The notes under the pieces were generated by a model. The model was not told where the DNA came from, did not search any database, and was given only the letters and a program-made list of their open reading frames with translations. Below, in pieces: positions 21,269 to 32,844 of a stretch of DNA of 64,000 nucleotides. The stretch lies in assembly GCA_040390915.1 (NCBI GenBank), contig JAZJXM010000005.1, positions 23,343-87,342 on the forward strand, given 5' to 3'. Made by a program: the position numbers and the translations under genes. Position 1 is the first letter of the stretch; the number at the start of each line of letters is the position of its first letter. Origin of the DNA: Pseudomonadota bacterium. GTDB taxonomy: Bacteria > Pseudomonadota > Gammaproteobacteria > Burkholderiales > Burkholderiaceae_D.

Positions 21269-21592
21269 GTGATGAGTACTTCCGCCCTCGCGGCCGGCCT
21301 GTCCGGCGTCAAAGCAAACCAGCAAGCGCTGGCGGTGGAGGCGCACAACGTTGCCAATCTGAGCACGGAAAATTTCCGCGCCCAGGAAGCGAATTTCCAG
21401 GAAGCCGGCCCGGCCGGTTCGGGCGTGACGCTGTCGGCCGAGGGCCTGAGCCTGTCGCGTTCGGAGAACGGCACCGATTTTGCCAAATCCATCACCAACC
21501 AGATGACCTACAAAGCTGGTTTCGAGATGTCGCTCAAGGTCATCGAGGCCGACAACGAGCGCATGGGCATGCTGATCAACATCAAGGCGTGA
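21269..21592 (+). CDS. Mini flagellar basal-body rod-like protein (N- and C-terminal rod helices only)
   Basis: AVEAHNVANLSTENFRAQE resembles the rod motif NNxANxxTxGFK. C-terminal DFAKSITNQMTYKAGFEMSLKVIEADNERMGMLINIKA resembles the FlgEFG C-terminal helix. ATG at 21272 is an alternative start. Confidence 0.55.
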   Translation: MMSTSALAAGLSGVKANQQALAVEAHNVANLSTENFRAQEANFQEAGPAGSGVTLSAEGLSLSRSENGTDFAKSITNQMTYKAGFEMSLKVIEADNERMGMLINIKA

Positions 21593-21656
21593 TCCGCGCG
21601 CCACTGGTCCCCCGTTTTTTGTAAGCTGATTGCTCGCCTAAGAAGGAGCAGCGATC

Positions 21657-21833
21657 ATGCCTCAACATGCCAAAACGGACTACACCGCCAAGCAAAAACG
21701 GCAGGCCAAGCACATCGAGCAGGGTTACGAGAAAAAAGGCGTGCCCGAAGACGAAGCCAAGCGGCGCGCCTGGGCCACCGAAAACAAGATTTCCGACGCC
21801 GGCAAGACCAGCAATACCAAACCGCCCCACTGA
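21657..21833 (+). CDS. 58-aa Lys/Glu-rich small protein (below the ORF-track size cut-off)
   Basis: AAGGAG RBS 8 nt before the ATG. Product MPQHAKTDYTAKQKRQAKHIEQGYEKKGVPEDEAKRRAWATENKISDAGKTSNTKPPH. It is in a different frame from track ORF 21667..21978. Confidence 0.45.
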   Translation: MPQHAKTDYTAKQKRQAKHIEQGYEKKGVPEDEAKRRAWATENKISDAGKTSNTKPPH

Positions 21834-22364
21834 TCAGGGCGTGGCGGAACCGGGCAGGCGCCGGATATTCGGGAACGCCTCCTTTTCCAGCCAGTGCTTG
21901 AAGCGCACCAGGTCGTGCGGCGGCTGGCGCACACTGGCGCGCGTGCTCAACAACCGCAATAGGCCCGCTTCGGTGTAGCCCTGCAGCTTGGGCTGGCCAG
22001 GGATGGCGCCGTACTCGGCGCCGAGTATGCGCAGCTCGCGCGAGGCCGGCTGCGGCAGCACCATCGTGGCCACGTCGCGCGCCGGCACCCAGATGATGTC
22101 CTCGATCAGGTACAGCCGTATTTGGCGGTTATCGAACGCGTAATAGCGCCCGTTCCACGGCTCCCACGCATCGCTGATGGCCCGGCGCCGGATCGCCGGC
22201 AACACCTCCACCAGCAAAGGCGCCAGCGTCTTGACCCACAGCAGGCCGCTGGTGACGATCGTGAACGGCAAACGCATGCCGGCCAGCTCTTCGATCATGC
22301 CGCTGCCCCAGTACACGATGGCGCTGGCGGCCGCGCACAGCAACAATTTAATCGGCAATTTCAT
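21834..22364 (-). CDS. Membrane-anchored protein with BRO-N/KilA-N-like C-terminal domain
   Basis: Start at MKLPIKLLLCAAASAIVYW (ATGA overlap with the cueR stop). Hydrophobic helices, then FDNRQIRLYLIEDIIWVPARDVATMV...GYTEAGLLRLLSTRAS...RFKHWLEKEAFPNIRR, which resembles the BRO-N pattern. Confidence 0.55.
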   Translation of the reverse strand: MKLPIKLLLCAAASAIVYWGSGMIEELAGMRLPFTIVTSGLLWVKTLAPLLVEVLPAIRRRAISDAWEPWNGRYYAFDNRQIRLYLIEDIIWVPARDVATMVLPQPASRELRILGAEYGAIPGQPKLQGYTEAGLLRLLSTRASVRQPPHDLVRFKHWLEKEAFPNIRRLPGSATP

Positions 22365-22768
22365 CGTACCTGGCTCAGTGACAAATCGTTGAGGATAGGG
22401 CAATCGGGCCGCTCGTCGCCATGGCAGCGGGTGGCCAGCGTTTCGAGCGTGCGCCGCATGGCCTGCATGTCGGCGATTTTCTGATCGAGCGCAGCGATAT
22501 GCTGGCGCGCCAGCGCGCGCACGTCCTTGCTGGCGCGCTGCTTGTCCTGCCACAGCGCCAGCAGCGTCTTGATCTGGTCCAGCGAAAAGCCGAGCGCGCG
22601 CGAACGGTGGATGAACTGCAGCACCTGCACGTCGCGCGCGTCGTAGACCCGGTAGCCGGCGTCGGTACGGCGCGCCGAGACGATCAGGCCGATCGCTTCG
22701 TAATGCCGGATCATCTTGGCCGACACGCCCGAAGCCTTGGCCGCCGCGCCGATGTTGTGGGTTACCAT
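22361..22768 (-). CDS. cueR: Cu(I)-responsive MerR-family regulator CueR
   Basis: MerR HTH (IGAAAKASGVSAKMIRHYEAIGL) and C-terminal metal loop CHGDERPDCPIL. It starts immediately after the copA stop. Confidence 0.9.
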   Translation of the reverse strand: MVTHNIGAAAKASGVSAKMIRHYEAIGLIVSARRTDAGYRVYDARDVQVLQFIHRSRALGFSLDQIKTLLALWQDKQRASKDVRALARQHIAALDQKIADMQAMRRTLETLATRCHGDERPDCPILNDLSLSQVR

Positions 22769-24916
<2,148 letters not shown>

Positions 24917-24947
24917 GTTTTACCCCTGTGTGCGATGCAATACGGCT

Positions 24948-24978
24948 AGCTTCGACCTTCCTATAATGGTAAGGTCAA
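24948..24978 (-). promoter_or_regulatory. MerR-type (CueR) promoter/operator of copA
   Basis: Minus strand TTGACC-19 nt-GAAGCT with dyad ACCTTAC-N7-GGAAGGT across the spacer, like E. coli PcopA. The -10 is weak. Confidence 0.5.
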
Positions 24979-24987
24979 GGATAGCAC

Positions 24988-25018
24988 TTGACCTTCCCAT
25001 TGTGGCAAAGTTCAGAAT
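24988..25018 (+). promoter_or_regulatory. MerR-type (CueR) promoter/operator of the copZ operon
   Basis: TTGACC-19 nt-CAGAAT with imperfect dyad ACCTTCC-N7-GCAAAGT. The 19-bp spacer is the MerR-family hallmark. Confidence 0.55.
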
Positions 25019-25050
25019 ACAATTCAGAGCATTCACGCAGGAGCACGACC

Positions 25051-25248
25051 ATGATCACACTGAAGGTACCGGACATGAGCTGCGGCCATTGCAGCGGCGT
25101 CATCACCAAAGCCATCAAGGAACTCGACCAGGACGCCGCGATCGGCTTCGACATGCACCACCACCTGGTGCAGATCGACACCCCGCTGGCTCCTGCAATC
25201 GTCATCCAGGCGATGTCGGCGGCCGGCTATCCGGCCACGCCGGCATAA
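25051..25248 (+). CDS. copZ: Heavy-metal-associated (HMA) copper chaperone, CopZ-like
   Basis: AGGAG RBS. MITLKVPDMSCGHCSGVITKAI carries the CxxC metal site. 65 aa. Confidence 0.85.
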   Translation: MITLKVPDMSCGHCSGVITKAIKELDQDAAIGFDMHHHLVQIDTPLAPAIVIQAMSAAGYPATPA

Positions 25249-25250
25249 CG

Positions 25251-26576
25251 ATGGCGCTGCCACTACGCGCGCTGGCGATTGCGGCCGCACTGGCGCTGGG
25301 CGGCTGCGCCAGTGTCGCCCCGGGCGCCAGCGACGGCGCCGTGGCGCAGCTGGTGCGCCAGCGCGGCGGCCAGGCCAGTCCCAGCGTGGCGCCGGCTGCG
25401 CGCGAACAGCACATCGCCGCGCTGCTGGCCAAGCCGCTGGGCGTCGACGACGCGGTCGGCATTGCGCTGATCAACAACCGCAACTTGCAAGCGAACTACG
25501 CCGAACTGGGCATCGTTGAAGCCGACCTGGCGCAAGCTGGCCGCTTGCCCAATCCCGTGTTCAGCTTCAGCCGCCTGCACGGCCAGGACGGCATCGAGAT
25601 CGAACGCAAGCTGATGCTGCCGGTGATCGGCCTGCTGTTGATGCCGGTCACCGTGCCGCTGGAGCGGCGCCGCGTCGAACTGGCGCAGCTGCGCGCCGCC
25701 GGCGACGTGCTGCGGGTGGCTGACGACACCCGGCGCGCATGGTACGGCGCGGTGGCGGCCCAGCAAAGTGCGCTGTACATGGAACAGGTCAAGGACGCCG
25801 CCGAAGCGAGCTTCGAGCTGGCACGGCGCATGGCGCAAGCGGGCAACTGGAGCAAACTACAGCAGGCGCGCGAACAGGCGTTCCTGGGCGAGGCCGTGAC
25901 CCAGCTGGCACGCGCGCGCCACGCCCGCAGCGCCGAACGCGAAAAGCTCACCCGTTTGCTGGGCCTGGCCGCCAGCGACACGCTGCAGCTGCCCGAACGC
26001 CTGCCCGAGCTGCCAGCCACGCCGCGCGAGATCGGCGACGCCGAAGCGCAAGCGCTGGCCAACCGGCTCGATCTCCTGATGGCGCAAAAAGAACTGGCCA
26101 GCCTGTCCGCCTCGCTCGGCCTGACCCGCGCCACTCGCTTCATCAACCTGCTCGACGTTGGCTACCGGCGCGACAGCGGTGCGCACGGCTATGAGATCGA
26201 ACTGCAAATCCCGCTGTTCGACTGGGGCGGCGCGCGCGTGGCCAGGGCCGAGGCGATCTACATGCAGGCAGTGCACCGCGCTGCCGGCGCCGCGCTCGAC
26301 GCGCGCTCGCAGGTACGCGAATCGTATTCGGCCTACCGCAGCGCGTACGACATTGCGCGCCACTACCGCGACGAAATCGTGCCGCTCAAAAAGCGCATCT
26401 CCGACGAGCAGCTGCTGCGCTACAACGGCATGCTGATCAGTGTGTTCGAACTGCTGGCCGACGCGCGTGAGCAGGCCACCAGCGTCAACGCCGCAATCGA
26501 AGCGCAGCGCGACTACTGGATCGCCGAAGCGGCATTGCAGGCAGCGCAGACCGGCAGCGGCGCGCCACTACACTGA
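25251..26576 (+). CDS. TolC-family outer membrane efflux lipoprotein
   Basis: Lipobox LALGGC, then the duplicated OEP repeat pattern (LINNRNLQANYAELGI..., LANRLDLLMAQKEL...). Confidence 0.85.
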   Translation: MALPLRALAIAAALALGGCASVAPGASDGAVAQLVRQRGGQASPSVAPAAREQHIAALLAKPLGVDDAVGIALINNRNLQANYAELGIVEADLAQAGRLPNPVFSFSRLHGQDGIEIERKLMLPVIGLLLMPVTVPLERRRVELAQLRAAGDVLRVADDTRRAWYGAVAAQQSALYMEQVKDAAEASFELARRMAQAGNWSKLQQAREQAFLGEAVTQLARARHARSAEREKLTRLLGLAASDTLQLPERLPELPATPREIGDAEAQALANRLDLLMAQKELASLSASLGLTRATRFINLLDVGYRRDSGAHGYEIELQIPLFDWGGARVARAEAIYMQAVHRAAGAALDARSQVRESYSAYRSAYDIARHYRDEIVPLKKRISDEQLLRYNGMLISVFELLADAREQATSVNAAIEAQRDYWIAEAALQAAQTGSGAPLH

Positions 26577-26588
26577 CAAGGAAGCGAC

Positions 26589-27983
26589 ATGGTTTCACGC
26601 AGAAGTTTTTTCAAGGGCGCAGGCGCGGCCGCGGTGAGCGCCGCGGCGGTCAGCCGGGCCGGCGCGGCCGGCCTGCCCGAAGCGGTCATCATGGAACACG
26701 CCAGCACCCAGGCGCCGCTGGCGCCGCCCAACGGCCGGCCCTACAACCCGGTGGTCACGCTCAATGGCTGGACGCTGCCGTGGCGCATGAAGGACGGGGT
26801 CAAGGAATTTCACCTGGTGGCCGAGCCGGTGGTGCGCGAAATCGCGCCCGGCATGAAGGCCAGGCTGTGGGGCTACAACGGCCAGTCGCCGGGGCCGACG
26901 ATTGAAGTGGTCGAGGGCGACCGGGTGCGCATGTTCGTCACCAACAAGCTGCCCGAGCACACCAGCATCCACTGGCACGGCCAGCGCCTGCCGAACGGCA
27001 TGGACGGCGTCACCGGCCTGACCCAGCCCGGCATCGAACCGGGCAAGACGTTCGTCTACGAATTCGTGGCCAGGCGCGCCGGCACCTTCATGTACCACCC
27101 GCACGCCGACGAAATGACGCAGATGGCGATGGGCATGATGGGCTTCTGGGTCACCCATCCGAAGGACCACAATTTCATGCGGGTCGAGCGCGACTTCTGC
27201 TTCCTGCTGTCGTCCTACGACATCGACCCGGGCAGCGCCACGCCCAAGGTCAACACCATGACCGACTTCAACCTGTGGACCTTCAACAGCCGCGCCTTCC
27301 CCGGCATCGATCCGATGGTGGTGGCGCAGGGCGACCGGGTGCGGATCCGGGTCGGCAACCTGACCATGACGAACCATCCGATCCACATGCACGGCCATGA
27401 ATTCGTCGTCACCGGCACCGACGGCGGCACGGTGCCGCCCACTGCACGCTGGCCGGAAGTGAGCGTCGACATTGGCGTGGGCCAGATGCGGGCGCTCGAA
27501 TTTACCGCCACCGAAGCGGGCGACTGGGCCTTTCATTGCCACAAATCGCACCACACGATGAACGCCATGGGCCACGATGTGCCGACCATGATCGGGGTCG
27601 ACCAGAGCGAGGTGCTGGGCAAGATCAACAAGCTGGTGCCCGACTACATGGTCATGGGCGAAAAGGGCATGGCCGACATGGGCGAGATGGAAATGCCGCT
27701 GCCCGAGAACACGCTGCCGATGATGACCGGCAGCGGCCCGTTCGGCGCGATCGGCATGGGCGGCATGTTCACCACCGTCAAGGTGCGCAAAGGCCTGGCG
27801 CGCGACGATTACAAGGATCCGGGCTGGTACAAGCATCCGACCGGCACGCTGGCCTATGAATGGCAGGGCGACACTGGCACAATGCCCGCAGCAGCGCGCG
27901 CGCCGGACGCCGACAAGATGGCGGCCAAACCGGGCGAACGCATCCTCAAGGTCACCAAAGGCAACGGCCACCACGGCCACTGA
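26589..27983 (+). CDS. Periplasmic multicopper oxidase (Tat-exported)
   Basis: Twin-arginine signal SRRSFFKGAGAAAV. Copper-ligand motifs HWHG, HPHAD, HPIHMHGHEF, HCHKSHH. Met-rich segment MVMGEKGMADMGEMEMP. Confidence 0.9.
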   Translation: MVSRRSFFKGAGAAAVSAAAVSRAGAAGLPEAVIMEHASTQAPLAPPNGRPYNPVVTLNGWTLPWRMKDGVKEFHLVAEPVVREIAPGMKARLWGYNGQSPGPTIEVVEGDRVRMFVTNKLPEHTSIHWHGQRLPNGMDGVTGLTQPGIEPGKTFVYEFVARRAGTFMYHPHADEMTQMAMGMMGFWVTHPKDHNFMRVERDFCFLLSSYDIDPGSATPKVNTMTDFNLWTFNSRAFPGIDPMVVAQGDRVRIRVGNLTMTNHPIHMHGHEFVVTGTDGGTVPPTARWPEVSVDIGVGQMRALEFTATEAGDWAFHCHKSHHTMNAMGHDVPTMIGVDQSEVLGKINKLVPDYMVMGEKGMADMGEMEMPLPENTLPMMTGSGPFGAIGMGGMFTTVKVRKGLARDDYKDPGWYKHPTGTLAYEWQGDTGTMPAAARAPDADKMAAKPGERILKVTKGNGHHGH

Positions 27984-27992
27984 AAGGACATC

Positions 27993-28421
27993 ATGAAAAC
28001 GACCGCCTTATTGTTCGCCCTCGCCGCCTGCTGCGGCAGCGCCCTCGCAGCCAGTCCGAGCGACACCATGACCAAGTTCCACGCTGCGCTGGCGGCCGGC
28101 GACAAGGCTGGCGCGATCGCCCTGCTCAGCCCCGACGTGATCATTTACGAGTCGGGCTACGCCGAGCGTTCGCGTGACGACTACGCCAAAACCCACCTGG
28201 CCGGCGACATCGACTATAGCCGGACGGTGGCGCGCAAAGTAGTCCACCATATCGAGCATACCGAAGGCAATACCGCCACCGTGCTGGAAGAGACCAGCAG
28301 CATCGGCACGTTCAAGGGCAAGCCGGTCAACGCGCTGGGCCTGGAGACGGCCGTGCTCGAACGCCAGGGCGACGGCTGGGTGATCGTGCACCTGCATTGG
28401 TCCTCGCGCAAGGCGAAGTAG
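27993..28421 (+). CDS. Exported NTF2-like (SnoaL/DUF4440-type) protein
   Basis: Signal peptide MKTTALLFALAACCGSALA. FHAALAAGDKAGAIALLSPDVIIYE...GDGWVIVHLHWS is typical of the NTF2-like fold. Confidence 0.65.
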   Translation: MKTTALLFALAACCGSALAASPSDTMTKFHAALAAGDKAGAIALLSPDVIIYESGYAERSRDDYAKTHLAGDIDYSRTVARKVVHHIEHTEGNTATVLEETSSIGTFKGKPVNALGLETAVLERQGDGWVIVHLHWSSRKAK

Positions 28422-28433
28422 TATACTGGCGCC

Positions 28434-28736
28434 ATGAACACGACCGCCGGGGCCGTCAGTTGCCGTCCCGGCTGCGGGGCATGCTGCACCGCCCCTTCCA
28501 TTACCTCGCCCATTCCTGGCATGCCCAACGGCAAGCCGGCTGGCGTGCGCTGCGTGCAGCTGCTGCCCGACAACGGCTGCGCGATCTTCGGGCGCCCCGA
28601 GCGGCCCGCCTTTTGCGCCGGCTTGCAGCCGTCAACCGACATGTGCGGCGACAGCCGCGTCCATGCGATGCATTGGCTGGGAGAACTGGAACGTGCCACC
28701 GCGCCATCGCAGCGGGATTTGTCGCGCGACACATGA
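28434..28736 (+). CDS. YkgJ-family cysteine-cluster protein
   Basis: CRPGCGACC cluster plus downstream Cys residues (GVRCV, NGCAIF, PAFCAGL). Confidence 0.65.
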   Translation: MNTTAGAVSCRPGCGACCTAPSITSPIPGMPNGKPAGVRCVQLLPDNGCAIFGRPERPAFCAGLQPSTDMCGDSRVHAMHWLGELERATAPSQRDLSRDT

Positions 28737-28820
28737 GCGCTGCGCCGCTCGTGGTAAGCTTCGACCCCGCAGCATCCCTCCTGACTGCCATCATTTCTAC
28801 CCAAACAGACAAAAAGATTC

Positions 28821-29654
28821 ATGGAAATCATTCTTGCGCTTAAAGCGATCATCATGGGCCTGGTCGAAGGATTCACCGAATTCCTTCCCATTTCGTCCAC
28901 CGGTCACCTGATTCTGGCCGGCAGCCTGCTCGATTTCACTGACGAAAAATCCAACGTTTTCAAGATCGTCATCCAGTCCGGCGCCATCCTGGCCGTGTGC
29001 TGGGAATTCCGCGCGCGCATTGCGGCCGTGTGTTCAGGCATGTTCAGCGATCCCAAGCAGCAAAAATTCATCCTCAACCTGATGGCCGCCTTCCTGCCGC
29101 TGGCCGTGCTGGGCCTGGCGTTCGGCAAACTGATCAAGAAAGTGCTGTTCCATCCGGTGCCGGTGGCGCTGGCCTTCATTGTCGGCGGCTTCATCATCCT
29201 GTGGGTCGAAGCGCGCCAGAAGGCCAACCCGGTTGCGGTACGGATCAAGGAAGTTGACGACATGAGCTTGCTCGACGCGTTCAAGGTCGGCTGCGCCCAG
29301 GCGTTCGCGCTCATTCCAGGCACCAGCCGTTCGGGCGCCACCATCATCGGCGCGATGATGTTCGGCCTGACCCGCAAGGCGGCCACCGAATTTTCGTTCT
29401 TCCTGGCCATTCCTACCCTGATGATCGCCACTGCCTACGAATTATTCAAGAACCGCGCGATGCTCTCGGCGGCCGACCTGCCGCTGTTCGGCATCGGCAC
29501 CTTGGCCGCCTTCGTGTCGGCCTTCCTGTGCGTGCGCTGGCTGCTGCGCTACATCAGCAGCCATGACTTCTCCGCCTTCGCCTGGTACCGCATCGCGTTT
29601 GGCATTGTCGTCATCGCCAGTTCCCACTACGGCTGGGTCGTTTGGGCAGAATAA
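28821..29654 (+). CDS. uppP: Undecaprenyl-diphosphate phosphatase
   Basis: [18 protein letters not shown] and [10 protein letters not shown] motifs; polytopic. Confidence 0.95.
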   Translation: MEIILALKAIIMGLVEGFTEFLPISSTGHLILAGSLLDFTDEKSNVFKIVIQSGAILAVCWEFRARIAAVCSGMFSDPKQQKFILNLMAAFLPLAVLGLAFGKLIKKVLFHPVPVALAFIVGGFIILWVEARQKANPVAVRIKEVDDMSLLDAFKVGCAQAFALIPGTSRSGATIIGAMMFGLTRKAATEFSFFLAIPTLMIATAYELFKNRAMLSAADLPLFGIGTLAAFVSAFLCVRWLLRYISSHDFSAFAWYRIAFGIVVIASSHYGWVVWAE

Positions 29655-31477
29655 TGGAAACCGGGATCGGCGCGCGCGCCCTCGAACAACTGCAAACCGT
29701 GTTCGGCTACCCGGCCTTTCGCGGGCAGCAGGGCGACATCGTCGAACACGTGGCATCCGGCGGCGACGCGCTGGTGCTGATGCCGACCGGCGGCGGCAAG
29801 TCGCTGTGCTACCAGATCCCGGCCTTGCTGCGCGACGGCGTCGGCGTGGTCGTGTCGCCCCTGATCGCGCTGATGCAGGACCAGGTCGATGCGCTGGCCG
29901 AAGTGGGCGTGCGCGCCGCTTTCCTCAATTCGACCCAGACGTTCGAAGAATCGCTGCGCATCGAACGGCTGGTGCGCACCGGCGAAATCGACCTGGTGTA
30001 CGTGGCGCCCGAGCGCTTGATGACAACGCGCTGCCTGGACCTGTTCGACGCCTCGCGCATCGCGCTGTTCGCCATTGACGAAGCGCACTGCGTATCGCAA
30101 TGGGGCCACGACTTCCGTCCCGAATACATCAAGCTGTCGATTCTGCACGAGCGCTTCCCGGACGTGCCGCGCATTGCGCTCACCGCCACCGCCGACCACC
30201 AGACGCGCGCCGAAATCGCGTTGCGCCTGCAACTGGGCGACGCGCGCCAGTTCGTGTCCTCGTTCGACCGCCCCAACATCCGCTACCAGATCGTCGAGAA
30301 GGCCAATGGCCGCAAGCAGCTGCTCGACTTCATCACCGCCGAGCATGGCCAGGATGCGGGCATCGTGTACTGCCTGTCGCGCAAAAAAGTCGAAGAGACC
30401 GCCGAATTCCTGAATGAAAACGGCATCCGCGCCCTGCCCTACCACGCCGGCATGGACTACCCGAAACGCAGCGCCAACCAGGCCCGTTTTCTGCGCGAAG
30501 ACAGCATCGTGATGGTGGCCACCATCGCCTTCGGTATGGGCATCGACAAGCCGGACGTGCGCTTTGTATGCCACCTCGATCTGCCGAAAAGCATCGAGGG
30601 CTACTACCAGGAGACCGGGCGCGCCGGGCGCGACGGCCTGCCCGCTTCGGCCTGGATGGCGTACGGCTTGCAGGACGTGGTGCTGCAGCGGCGCATGATC
30701 GACGAGTCCGAGGCCGACGAAACGTTCAAGCGCGTGCTGTCGATGAAGCTCGACGCCATGCTGGGCCTGTGCGAAACCTTGAGCTGCCGGCGCACCCGTT
30801 TGCTCGACTATTTTGGCGAGCAGTCCACGCCGTGCGGCAACTGCGACACCTGCTTGATACCGCCGGTGTCGTTCGACGGCACGGTGCCGGTGCAAAAGCT
30901 GCTCTCGGCGATCTACCGGGTCGACCAGCGCTTTGCGGCCGGCCACGTGATCGAAGTATTGCGCGGGGTCGAAACTGACCGCATCAAGCAGTGGCACCAC
31001 AATGCGCTGTCGGTGTTCGGCATCGGCAGCGAGCGGGCTGAAGCCGAGTGGCGCGCGATTTTGCGCCAGACCATCGCGCTCGGCCTGGTCACGGTCGACC
31101 ATGAAGTCTACAGCTCGCTCAAGCTGACCGACGCCGCGCGTCCGGTGCTCAAGGGCGGCCAGAAGGTGCAGCTGCGCCAGTACCAGAAACCGGTCAAGCC
31201 CAAGCGCGCGGCAAGCGCCTCGGCCAAGGCCCATATCGAGATGGACCTGTCGAAGTCGGAGCAGGAAATTTTCGAGAAACTGCGCTGGTGGCGGGTCGAG
31301 ACAGCGCGCGCGCACAATGTGCCGGCGTATGTGATTTTCGTCGATGCGACCTTGCGCGAGATCGCCAAGGCCAAGCCGACCACGCTGGGCGAACTGCGCA
31401 CCGTGACCGGCGTGGGCGAGAAGAAGCTGGTGTCCTATGGCGACGAGATTGTCGCCATGATCATGGACATGCTCTAA
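29654..31477 (+). CDS. recQ: ATP-dependent DNA helicase RecQ
   Basis: [31 protein letters not shown], Zn-finger CRR...CGNCDTC, and a C-terminal HRDC domain. ATG overlaps the uppP stop (TAATG); the track start 29642 is an alternative. Confidence 0.95.
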   Translation: METGIGARALEQLQTVFGYPAFRGQQGDIVEHVASGGDALVLMPTGGGKSLCYQIPALLRDGVGVVVSPLIALMQDQVDALAEVGVRAAFLNSTQTFEESLRIERLVRTGEIDLVYVAPERLMTTRCLDLFDASRIALFAIDEAHCVSQWGHDFRPEYIKLSILHERFPDVPRIALTATADHQTRAEIALRLQLGDARQFVSSFDRPNIRYQIVEKANGRKQLLDFITAEHGQDAGIVYCLSRKKVEETAEFLNENGIRALPYHAGMDYPKRSANQARFLREDSIVMVATIAFGMGIDKPDVRFVCHLDLPKSIEGYYQETGRAGRDGLPASAWMAYGLQDVVLQRRMIDESEADETFKRVLSMKLDAMLGLCETLSCRRTRLLDYFGEQSTPCGNCDTCLIPPVSFDGTVPVQKLLSAIYRVDQRFAAGHVIEVLRGVETDRIKQWHHNALSVFGIGSERAEAEWRAILRQTIALGLVTVDHEVYSSLKLTDAARPVLKGGQKVQLRQYQKPVKPKRAASASAKAHIEMDLSKSEQEIFEKLRWWRVETARAHNVPAYVIFVDATLREIAKAKPTTLGELRTVTGVGEKKLVSYGDEIVAMIMDML

Positions 31478-31483
31478 GTCTCG

Positions 31484-31557
31484 ACGTCGTCCTCGCGAAT
31501 GCGGGGACCCATGCTGACTATGCTCAGCATGGGTCCCCGCATTCGCGAGGACGACGT
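31484..31557. repeat. Perfect 34-bp-stem inverted repeat (REP-like / bidirectional terminator)
   Basis: 31484-31517 is the exact reverse complement of 31524-31557, with a 6-nt loop CTATGC. It fills the gap between convergent recQ and trmB. Confidence 0.85.
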
Positions 31558-31561
31558 ATGA

Positions 31562-32269
31562 CTATTTTTTAGTGAACACCAAATCCCACACCCCGTGCCC
31601 CAGTTTCAGGCCGCGGTTCTCGAACTTGGTCAGCGGCCGGTAGGCCGGCTGCGGCGCGTAGCCGTCGGCGGTGTTTTGCAGCGCCGGTTCGGCCCCCAGC
31701 ACGTCCAGCATCTGGACCGCATAGTCTTCCCAGTCGGTGGCGCAGTGCAGATAGCCGCCCGGCGCCAGGCGTTCGGCCAGCAGCTTGACGAACGGCGCCT
31801 GCAGCAGGCGGCGCTTGTTGTGGCGCGCCTTGTGCCACGGGTCCGGGAAGAACACGTGCACGCCGGCCAGCGAGCCGGCCGGGATCATCTGGTTGAGCAC
31901 TTCGACCGCGTCATGCTGGATCAGGCGCAAATTGGTCAGCTCCTGCTCGCCGATCTGCTTGAGCAGGCTGCCCACGCCCGGCGTGTGCACTTCGACCCCG
32001 ATGAAATCCTTGTCCGGCATGCCCTTGGCGATGTGCGAAGTGGTGTCGCCCATGCCAAAGCCGATTTCCAGGATCACCGGCGCGTGACGTCCGAACGCGG
32101 CGTCGAAATCGAGCGGCGCCTTGCTGTATTCGATCAGGAACTTCGGTCCCAGCTCTTCCAAGGCGCGCGCCTGCGCGATCGACAAGCGCCCCGCGCGCGT
32201 GACGAAACTGCGAATCCGGTGTTCGGTCGGGTCGTACATCATCGGACGGTTCGGGGTATCTGCGGACAT
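31562..32269 (-). CDS. trmB: tRNA (guanine46-N7)-methyltransferase
   Basis: 235 aa with EIGFGMGD and [15 protein letters not shown] motifs. Confidence 0.93.
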   Translation of the reverse strand: MSADTPNRPMMYDPTEHRIRSFVTRAGRLSIAQARALEELGPKFLIEYSKAPLDFDAAFGRHAPVILEIGFGMGDTTSHIAKGMPDKDFIGVEVHTPGVGSLLKQIGEQELTNLRLIQHDAVEVLNQMIPAGSLAGVHVFFPDPWHKARHNKRRLLQAPFVKLLAERLAPGGYLHCATDWEDYAVQMLDVLGAEPALQNTADGYAPQPAYRPLTKFENRGLKLGHGVWDLVFTKK

Positions 32270-32302
32270 GGGGCTAGGTAAGGAAAAAAAGGGCGGACGA
32301 CA

Positions 32303-32764
32303 TTATATCGCACCGGCCTGGGCGGGCCTGAAGTGCAGCGTGGCGCTGTTCCCGGCGCGCGGCGCGCGCACCAGCACCTGGTCCAGCGTGAGCGCATCGA
32401 GCACGTTCAGAAATGCCTTGGTGGCCTGGTCGAGCGCGCCGGCCAGCGTGCAGCCGTTGGCGTAGATGCAGCCGGCCGACTGCGGATCGAAGCAGGATGC
32501 CATGTGGAAGTCGCTCTCCGTGTGGCGCACCACCTCGCCCACGTTGATGGCCGACGGTTCACGCGCCAGCCGCAAGCCGCCGTTGCGCCCGCGCACGGTA
32601 GTGACATAACCGAGCACGCCAAGCTGGTGCACCACCTTGGTCAGGTGATTCTTGGCGATCCCGTGGCTGTCGGCGATCTGGGCGATCGTGGCCAGGCTGT
32701 CGCGTTCGAGCGCCAGGAAGATCAGCGTGCGCAGGGAGTAATCGGTATAGGCAGTCAGTCTCAT
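32303..32764 (-). CDS. Rrf2-family transcriptional regulator (NsrR/IscR-like)
   Basis: MRLTAYTDYSLRTLIFLA..., an HTH, and a 3-Cys cluster region (MASCFDPQSAGCIYANGC). Confidence 0.88.
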   Translation of the reverse strand: MRLTAYTDYSLRTLIFLALERDSLATIAQIADSHGIAKNHLTKVVHQLGVLGYVTTVRGRNGGLRLAREPSAINVGEVVRHTESDFHMASCFDPQSAGCIYANGCTLAGALDQATKAFLNVLDALTLDQVLVRAPRAGNSATLHFRPAQAGAI

Positions 32765-32844
32765 GCGGGCATTCTACCGGTTACGGCGCAGGGGGCCGAA
32801 AAAAAGGGAATTGCGCATGTCCAGCATGCCGCTAGTGTAAGCAA

